A stretch of DNA of 32,000 nt from a bacterium (GTDB lineage: Bacteria; UBP7; UBA6624), in NCBI GenBank assembly GCA_002716355.1, contig PBAU01000003.1, forward strand, positions 60,001 to 92,000. Reading direction: 5' to 3'. A program made the translations under genes and the position numbers. Below the pieces are notes generated by a model that saw only the letters and a program-made list of their open reading frames with translations, had not been told where the DNA came from and did not search any database. Positions 26,457 through 32,000 of the stretch are shown here, one piece after another. How positions within the stretch are numbered: position 1 is the first letter of the stretch; each line of letters opens with the position of its first letter.

Positions 26457-26463
26457 TGACTCG

Positions 26464-26760
26464 ATGGCTACAAACAAGAATTATGAAAAAATTGTTGAAA
26501 GGTTAGCGCTTTTGAGCAACCTTAATTTAAATCGAGAAGAAATAAGCCTTCATGCTAAAGATTTCCCTAAACTTTTAAGCTGGATGAATAAAATATCAAC
26601 AGCTGATTTAGCTGAAGATTTTAAAAGCTGTCAGAAACATACAGAAGGCGAAAGCGATACGCCTTTGAGTTCACTTGATCAAGATTTAATCCTTAAAATA
26701 GCAAATAAATCAGAAAATGGTTATGTTTGTGGACCGAAGCCAAAAGGTAGAAAAAGCTAG
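26464..26760 (+). CDS. gatC: Asp-tRNA(Asn)/Glu-tRNA(Gln) amidotransferase subunit C-like
   Basis: 98 aa. N-terminal pattern IVERLALLSNLNLNREEI...LLSWMNKI and C-terminal ENGYVCGPK parallel the GatC pattern (..La.La.l.l.eeE...il.f...l ... dGy..vP). Overall similarity is modest. Confidence 0.55.
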   Translation: MATNKNYEKIVERLALLSNLNLNREEISLHAKDFPKLLSWMNKISTADLAEDFKSCQKHTEGESDTPLSSLDQDLILKIANKSENGYVCGPKPKGRKS

Positions 26761-26762
26761 CA

Positions 26763-27743
26763 ATGAAAGACATAAAGAAGCTTGTTGATGAATGCTGTGA
26801 GTTAATGTCTTCTAAAAAAGAAATTAACGAAGTTTCAAGAGTAAGGTCTAGATATTTAGATGAGGTTACTTCAAGCTTGAAATTGATGAAGGATTTAGAC
26901 TCTGCTGGCAAGAAAAAACTTGGCTCTGAGGTTAATTTTGCAAAAAAAGCAATTCTTAAGCATTATCAAGATGTTTTGGAATCCATAAAAAATAAAAAAA
27001 CTTCCAATTTAAGCAAAATGCATTCAAAAAGCAAATTCTTACCCGCAGCCAAGGTTGCTTCTGGAAAAATGCATCCTTTAGAGCGTGTTAAAAGAGAGGC
27101 TATTGGCATTTTCAAAACCATGGGTTTTTCTGTTGTAGATGGATCTGAAATTGAGTCTGAAAGTAATAATTTTTCTTTGTTGAATATACCTAAAGATCAT
27201 CCTGCCAGGGATGAAACAGATACTTTTTGGATTAGTGGCGATTCCCTTTTAAGGACTCATACATCTTCTGTGCAATCAAGAATTATGCAATCTAATGATC
27301 TTCCAATTAGGGTAATATGCCCTGGTAGAGTTTACAGAAGAGAGAATGATGACAGCACTCATGCGAGTGTTTTCCATCAGATAGAAGGACTTTTGGTCGA
27401 TGAGGATATAAAGTTTTCTGATTTAAAGGGGCTTCTGGCTGAATTCTGTAAAGAGTTTTTTGGAGAGGTTACTGTTAGATTCAGACCAGACTATTTCCCT
27501 TTTACGGAACCTTCAGCTGAGGTAGCAATTGCCTACAAGGGTAAAAAAAATGAAAATTGGATTGAGATTGGTGGGTGCGGAATGGTGCATCCGAATGTTC
27601 TCCAGATGGCCGGTATAGACCCGCTTAAGTGGAAGGGTTTGGCTTTTGGCATGGGGGTTGACAGGTTGACTATGCTTAGGCATGATATAAGAGATATTAG
27701 ATTGTTGCTCGAAGGTGGATCTAGATTTATTGAACAATTTTGA
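26763..27743 (+). CDS. pheS: phenylalanine--tRNA ligase alpha subunit
   Basis: Class II motifs: DHPARD, GRVYRRENDDSTHASVFHQIEG, FPFTEPSAEV, GCGMVHPNVL, GLAFGMGVDRL. 326 aa. Confidence 0.96.
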   Translation: MKDIKKLVDECCELMSSKKEINEVSRVRSRYLDEVTSSLKLMKDLDSAGKKKLGSEVNFAKKAILKHYQDVLESIKNKKTSNLSKMHSKSKFLPAAKVASGKMHPLERVKREAIGIFKTMGFSVVDGSEIESESNNFSLLNIPKDHPARDETDTFWISGDSLLRTHTSSVQSRIMQSNDLPIRVICPGRVYRRENDDSTHASVFHQIEGLLVDEDIKFSDLKGLLAEFCKEFFGEVTVRFRPDYFPFTEPSAEVAIAYKGKKNENWIEIGGCGMVHPNVLQMAGIDPLKWKGLAFGMGVDRLTMLRHDIRDIRLLLEGGSRFIEQF

Positions 27744-28821
27744 CCCATTATCTTACAGGGGTGAACCTACAGCTTTATTTGATTTGTCTTTTGTAAAGGA
27801 TGCTATAAGAGATTTAAGATTAAAACCCAAAAATAAAGTTATTTTAACAAGGGGTACAAATGGAAAAACTTCTACTTGTTTTTTCCTTGATTCGATTGTA
27901 AGAAAAAACAACTTGAGTTCAATTTGTTTTACATCGCCACATATACATGCACCAAATGAAAGAATCTTGTTAAATGGTGCTAATTTACCCATGGAAGATT
28001 TTTTTTATTACGAGCAAAGAATATCACTATATGAAGATCAAAGATGCGAAAGGAAATTTACGTATTTTGAAGCAGTTTTTTTAATCTGCCTGTTTGTGAA
28101 TGTTGAAAATAATGCTGATTATTTAATTCTTGAGGCTGGTCTAGGCGGACCAAAAGATGCAACAGCTGCAGTTGATTTTGATTTATTAGTGCTCACCTCA
28201 ATAGGCCTTGATCATCAAAGTTTTTTAGGCGATACAAAAGAGCAAATACTTGAGTCTAAGTTGCTTGATGTTGAAGACACACAGATAATAACTTTTGCTG
28301 AAAATAAGAAGTATGGTTATCTGAATTCTAAAAATGTTAAATATGTAGAGGTTTCTGATTGTGGTTCTGAGTTTTTATCTAAAAATAAAAATTTAGCAGA
28401 GAATGCTGCTGAACACTTGGGGCTTCAGCGAAAAAAATCAAACCAAACTATAAAAGGGAGACTTCAGGTTCTTAGAAAAAAGCCATTATTGATTTTAGAT
28501 GGAGCGCATAACCCAGAAGGCTTGCATTACTTATGCGAGCATGTGGAAAAATTTAAAATTAGAAAAGCATTATTGGGGATGAAGAATGGCAAGCTGAAAG
28601 ATTGCAGGTATGTTATAGATAAATTTGGTTTTGAAAAGATAGCCTGGTGCGATCTGCCTGAACCTTGGCGTTCAGATGCTCCATTAGATCATTGGACTCA
28701 CTTGAAAACTGATTCAGAAATATTAGAATGGATTCTTGCTGATGAAGATTGCATTGTGTTTGGATCTTTGTATCTTGCATCTAAAATTTTGAAAATGCTA
28801 AAGAGAAGAAAAGTAAAATGA
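27715..28821 (+). CDS. folC: folylpolyglutamate synthase/dihydrofolate synthase (Mur-ligase family)
   Basis: P-loop TRGTNGKTST, plus LEAGLGGPKDAT, TSIGLDHQSFLGDT and LDGAHNPEG. The start is uncertain. GTG 27715 would overlap pheS by 29 nt, while TTG 27730 is preceded by AAGGTGGA. Confidence 0.8.
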   Translation: MDLDLLNNFDPLSYRGEPTALFDLSFVKDAIRDLRLKPKNKVILTRGTNGKTSTCFFLDSIVRKNNLSSICFTSPHIHAPNERILLNGANLPMEDFFYYEQRISLYEDQRCERKFTYFEAVFLICLFVNVENNADYLILEAGLGGPKDATAAVDFDLLVLTSIGLDHQSFLGDTKEQILESKLLDVEDTQIITFAENKKYGYLNSKNVKYVEVSDCGSEFLSKNKNLAENAAEHLGLQRKKSNQTIKGRLQVLRKKPLLILDGAHNPEGLHYLCEHVEKFKIRKALLGMKNGKLKDCRYVIDKFGFEKIAWCDLPEPWRSDAPLDHWTHLKTDSEILEWILADEDCIVFGSLYLASKILKMLKRRKVK

Positions 28822-29189
28822 AGTTTGAACTCAAGAAACATTCAAATTATATTTATCCTGCTTTTGTTTTTCTTTTTTCCATGTATCTAATGATTAGCTC
28901 TTATAAAGACAAGGATGTTTTTCAATTTTTTGATAAAAAAACTAGCCGTGTTCAAATTTACGTTGGTTCTTTTTCTGATACGCAAGCCATGACTTCTTTC
29001 TTGGTTGATTTCACCAAATGGGGTAATCAGAAATATTCAAACAATTATCCTCCTCCTTATGTCAAAGTGACAAAAGGCAGTAAAGCCATGGTTGTAACGT
29101 GGGGCCCTTTTGAGGAGAGTGTTGCAGAAGAGGCATTAAATGAGATATTGGATGAATGGAATATATTGGCAGAGGTTCGCGATGAGTGA
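28818..29189 (+). CDS. membrane-anchored SPOR-domain protein (DedD-like)
   Basis: 123 aa. N-terminal TM (YPAFVFLFSMYLMISSY), then a SPOR-like pattern VQIYVGSFSDTQA...VKVTKGSKAMVVTWGPFEESVAEEAL. It occupies the position of dedD downstream of folC in E. coli. Confidence 0.5.
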   Translation: MKFELKKHSNYIYPAFVFLFSMYLMISSYKDKDVFQFFDKKTSRVQIYVGSFSDTQAMTSFLVDFTKWGNQKYSNNYPPPYVKVTKGSKAMVVTWGPFEESVAEEALNEILDEWNILAEVRDE

Positions 29190-30171
29190 TTTTTCTTCTC
29201 TTTGGTTAGGTCTAGATCAAAGTGTTGTCTTAAAGCTTGACAAAGAATGCGATAAGCTTTCTGGCGAACCTGATGGAGAATGGTATGACGAAGTTCTTTC
29301 TCATGTTGCAAAAACAGGAGGGAAAAGAGTAAGGCCTAAGTTTTTATTAGTTTTGTTAAATTTTTTAAATTACAAAATTGATGATAGATGTATAAAGCTC
29401 GGTGCGCTTGTTGAAACTCTCCACCAGGTTAGTCTTTTGCATGATGATGTTGTTGACGATGCTCCAAAAAGACGGTCTGAAATAAGTGTGAATCTAGGCT
29501 GGGGCTCCAAAACTGCCATTCTTTTAGGAGATTTTTTGTTAGGCAGGGTTCTTGAGGTCCTTTCTAACGATCCCAACAAAGAGGTTATGAAGGATTTCGC
29601 AAGAGCATCTAGAGCTTTATCGAGAGGCATTCTTTTAGAGCATGAAGCAAGATACAATTTCAATGTTTCAGATGATCTTTTGTCAAGAATAGCCCAAGAA
29701 AAAACAGGTTCTCTTTTTAGGCTTTCGGCAGAAACTGCCGGAAGGATAGCAGGTTTAAATGACAGTAAAGTTAAATCCCTTGCATTTGCTGGTGAATTGA
29801 TTGGAGAAAGCTTCCAATTCATTGATGATTGCTTGGATTGGACTGGGGGAGAATCTATAGTCGGCAAGCCAACTGGCCATGATCTTCTGGAAGGATTTGT
29901 CAACAGGCCCCTTGTAAGGCTTAGAGAAAAAGGTTTTAATTTTGGTGAACATCCTCAAAAGCATGACATTAAGAAATGGAAAGCGTGGGCCGATGAAAAC
30001 ATTGATGAGATAACTTGTTTAATGAATGACGAACAGATAATTGAAAAATGTATTGAAGAGTCAGAGCTCTTGCTAAAAGAAGCTTTTGAAATTTTAAAAA
30101 CGGTTTTGCCAGATGATTCTGGTTTTGATCCTGATTTTTGGCTTCAAATCTTTTCTAGGAGGATGAAATGA
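29182..30171 (+). CDS. long-chain trans-polyprenyl diphosphate synthase (IspB-like)
   Basis: First Asp-rich motif LLHDDVVDDAPKRR and second FQFIDDCLD, followed by GKPTGHDLLEG. ATG 29182 (MSDFSS..) is preferred; it overlaps the upstream stop by 8 nt. Confidence 0.85.
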   Translation: MSDFSSLWLGLDQSVVLKLDKECDKLSGEPDGEWYDEVLSHVAKTGGKRVRPKFLLVLLNFLNYKIDDRCIKLGALVETLHQVSLLHDDVVDDAPKRRSEISVNLGWGSKTAILLGDFLLGRVLEVLSNDPNKEVMKDFARASRALSRGILLEHEARYNFNVSDDLLSRIAQEKTGSLFRLSAETAGRIAGLNDSKVKSLAFAGELIGESFQFIDDCLDWTGGESIVGKPTGHDLLEGFVNRPLVRLREKGFNFGEHPQKHDIKKWKAWADENIDEITCLMNDEQIIEKCIEESELLLKEAFEILKTVLPDDSGFDPDFWLQIFSRRMK

Positions 30172-31076
30172 AAAATAAAGGTTGGATATTTATAGTTGTT
30201 GTTTTGCTATTAAGTTTTTTTGTTGATGATGTTAACTTAGATCAAAATATGGGATCTCATATTGCCCTACTAGAGATTAAAGGCCCGATCATGCAGGAGT
30301 CATCCGGTATTTCTGCAGGTAGCAGGGATATAGCTAATGCAGTATTAAAAGCAGCTGAAAACAGCGAGGTAAGAGCTATTTTTCTTGATATAAATAGCCC
30401 GGGAGGCACTGTTGGAGGCTCACAAGAGATATATTGGGCTTTGATGAAATTTAGAGATTCTGATTATTCCTATTTAGAAGATAATGGTGAGATGTTGACT
30501 TCAAAAAAAATTATTCATGCTTATATTGGTGAGCTTGGAGCTTCCGGCGGTTACTATGCTGCTAGCGCAGCAAATCACATTTCCTCCCTACCCTCTTCTC
30601 TAGTTGGTTCAATAGGTGTTATATTTTCAAATTTTAACTTTGTCAAGATGATGGAGAAGATAGGAATTGAGGATCAGACTTTTACAGCTGGAGAGTATAA
30701 GGACCTAGGCAGTTCGTTTAAAACTATGAGTGATGAAGGCAAGAAAGTTATGCAGGAAATGATTGATGAATCTTATGATGTTTTTGTTAATGACGTTGCT
30801 AATGGAAGAAAGGACTTGAGTGTGGAGGATGTAAGGAAGCTTGCAAACGGTTGGGTATACTCTGGAAACAAGGCTGTTGAAAACGGTCTTACTGATTCAG
30901 TTGTTTACAGCTACAGGGAGGCTTTAGATAATTTGTGTTTAGAGATAGGAGAAGAGGCTCAGTGTGAGACTTACATGATTACACCGGAGCTCGATCCTTT
31001 TGCAGACATATTTAATCTTCTTGGTAAATTTGATTTATTGAATCATAATTTTTTTGCACTTTACCCTAATTATTAA
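30168..31076 (+). CDS. sppA: signal peptide peptidase SppA, 36K type (peptidase S49)
   Basis: N-terminal TM, LDINSPGGTV, the nucleophile region GELGASGGYYAAS, and a downstream GEYKD region. 302 aa. ATGA overlap with the upstream stop. Confidence 0.85.
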   Translation: MKNKGWIFIVVVLLLSFFVDDVNLDQNMGSHIALLEIKGPIMQESSGISAGSRDIANAVLKAAENSEVRAIFLDINSPGGTVGGSQEIYWALMKFRDSDYSYLEDNGEMLTSKKIIHAYIGELGASGGYYAASAANHISSLPSSLVGSIGVIFSNFNFVKMMEKIGIEDQTFTAGEYKDLGSSFKTMSDEGKKVMQEMIDESYDVFVNDVANGRKDLSVEDVRKLANGWVYSGNKAVENGLTDSVVYSYREALDNLCLEIGEEAQCETYMITPELDPFADIFNLLGKFDLLNHNFFALYPNY

Positions 31077-31120
31077 TATAAAATAAGCGTGAATTGTTGC
31101 AAATGGAGGCTGTTTTTTAA

Positions 31121-31753
31121 ATGATAGTACAAGCACAACCTAGGGAATTAATAATCACCTGTTTAAACTCTTATGCTAATTTCAATTTAGCTTATTGGAA
31201 TTATGCTGACCCAGGAAAGATAGTTAGGTTTTGGGTTGGCTACAGAGAGAGAGCTGAATTTTTGATTTCAGAAATGGAAGAATCTGAAGAAAAAGAGGAA
31301 ATGACAGCTAGGCTTTTTGAGGCTGATAGAGTTGTCCTAAAGAAACGTTTAGGTAATTTGAGGTCTAAAGATTTTGTTAATTTGCCTAGAGCCGATGTAC
31401 CTTTTGAAAGATGGTGGTGGTATATAGATTTGATTAAAACAAAATTTATAAAACCTGAACCTGGTTTTATGGGCAGTATTCCACAATCAGTTTCAAAGCT
31501 TTTCGGTTTTGGTGTTGAGGAGATTGTTGAGGAAGAGATAGAAATAGATTTGTCAAATTTAAAAATTGGAAAGGTTTGGATTGCACCAGGCTGTATTGTT
31601 TGCAATGCTTGTGAAGAGATATGCCCTGATGTTTTTGATGTTCAGGAAGAGAGTTGTGTTATTCGTGATGATCCAAATTTAGAACTCGTTCAAGATATTG
31701 TTGATGCTGCTGATGCATGTCCTGTAGAGGTTATCAAGTTCCAGCCAGCATAG
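31121..31753 (+). CDS. fusion of an unrecognised ~150-aa N-terminal domain to a single-cluster [4Fe-4S] ferredoxin domain
   Basis: The C-terminal 60 aa read CIVCNACEEICPDVF...AADACPVEVI (CxxCxxC...CP). The N-terminal part (acidic EMEESEEKEE stretch, ERWWWYIDL) matches no family I recognise. GGAGG lies 11 nt upstream of the ATG. Confidence 0.7.
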   Translation: MIVQAQPRELIITCLNSYANFNLAYWNYADPGKIVRFWVGYRERAEFLISEMEESEEKEEMTARLFEADRVVLKKRLGNLRSKDFVNLPRADVPFERWWWYIDLIKTKFIKPEPGFMGSIPQSVSKLFGFGVEEIVEEEIEIDLSNLKIGKVWIAPGCIVCNACEEICPDVFDVQEESCVIRDDPNLELVQDIVDAADACPVEVIKFQPA

Positions 31754-31757
31754 GTTG

Positions 31758-32000
31758 ATGAAAAAAATAGGATTAAGGGTGAACCCGGTTGATAAAAGGG
31801 TTGATTCCTTTTTGCCCAAAATAGTAAAAGATTTAAAATATTTTTCAGTAAAACCCATAATATTAAATGAAGATGCTGAACAAAAAGGAATGTATGTTCA
31901 GAAGGAGAAATACCTTGAAGAAGATCTTGATTTACTGATTGTTTTAGGAGGCGATGGCACTATTTTAAATGCTGGGCGAATGTCTGCCATTAACCAAGTT
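31758..32000 (+). CDS. nadK: NAD(+) kinase, N-terminal 81 aa; the 3' end lies outside the window
   Basis: The frame from ATG 31758 is open to the window edge and so is absent from the ORF track. Translation: MKKIGLRVNP...DLLIVLGGDGTILNAGR, with the diagnostic GGDGT motif at the expected distance from the N-terminus. Confidence 0.8.
   Translation, partial: MKKIGLRVNPVDKRVDSFLPKIVKDLKYFSVKPIILNEDAEQKGMYVQKEKYLEEDLDLLIVLGGDGTILNAGRMSAINQV

Noticed and set aside
29370-29903. 177-aa minus-strand ORF inside the polyprenyl synthase gene
   Set aside because: The plus-strand frame carries both Asp-rich prenyl synthase motifs. The antisense product has no recognisable motif and sits fully inside that gene.
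1-32000. Whole-window look for rRNA, tRNA, CRISPR arrays, IS elements or transposases, toxin-antitoxin pairs and known defence genes
   Set aside because: None found. Non-coding DNA totals only ~0.5 kb, and every long ORF is accounted for by a housekeeping or transporter/enzyme family. Very short RNAs embedded in coding sequence cannot be excluded by eye.

Overview
AT-rich (roughly one-third G+C by eye) and very compact chromosomal segment, about 98% coding by my coordinates, with a largest gap of 144 bp. It comes from a diderm (Gram-negative-type) bacterium; the phylum cannot be fixed from sequence alone. I support 32 protein genes, two of them cut by the window edges. All read in the standard code, and many are joined by ATGA/GTGA/TAATG start-stop overlaps. 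I saw no rRNA, tRNA, CRISPR, IS element or prophage block.

Most genes are core housekeeping:
- phosphohexomutase (partial), and the strings guaB3-like > guaA and hpt > rho > dnaG > NRDE/TANGO2-like
- dnaE and folE2
- mlaE-mlaF-long mlaD, followed by yebC-rusA-DUF2905 and an ABC ATPase with a 553-aa permease
- a MidA-type methyltransferase
- gatC-pheS-folC-SPOR(DedD-like)-ispB-like-sppA, a ferredoxin fusion, and nadK (partial)

The one accessory-looking block is 13410-18678. It holds a translationally coupled small/large/FAD-subunit molybdenum hydroxylase operon with in-operon mocA and a divergent xdhC.

Observations I rate most worth a second look:
1. The FAD subunit carries a 4-Cys, roughly 40-aa insertion. 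Together with the gene order and subunit sizes, this matches the 4-hydroxybenzoyl-CoA-reductase (HcrCAB) type, which has an extra [4Fe-4S] cluster and reversed electron flow, rather than CoxSLM or Xdh.
2. The MlaD homologue is 462 aa: membrane anchor, MCE domain, about 170 aa of helical region, then about 130 aa of beta-rich tail ending in Phe. No mlaB or mlaC is in the operon, which suggests an envelope-bridging design rather than a shuttle.
3. rusA sits in the slot after yebC that ruvC normally occupies.
4. A perfect 2 x 20 bp tandem repeat lies between a near-consensus promoter and the start codon of the Mo-enzyme operon. Its 9-mer core recurs just downstream of the -10 box of the guaB3-guaA promoter.
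5. The IMPDH homologue upstream of guaA lacks the CBS/Bateman insert but keeps the catalytic Cys loop.

Nothing here clearly constitutes a new multi-gene system. The functional readings above are inferences from motifs and gene context and need the checks listed under each finding.
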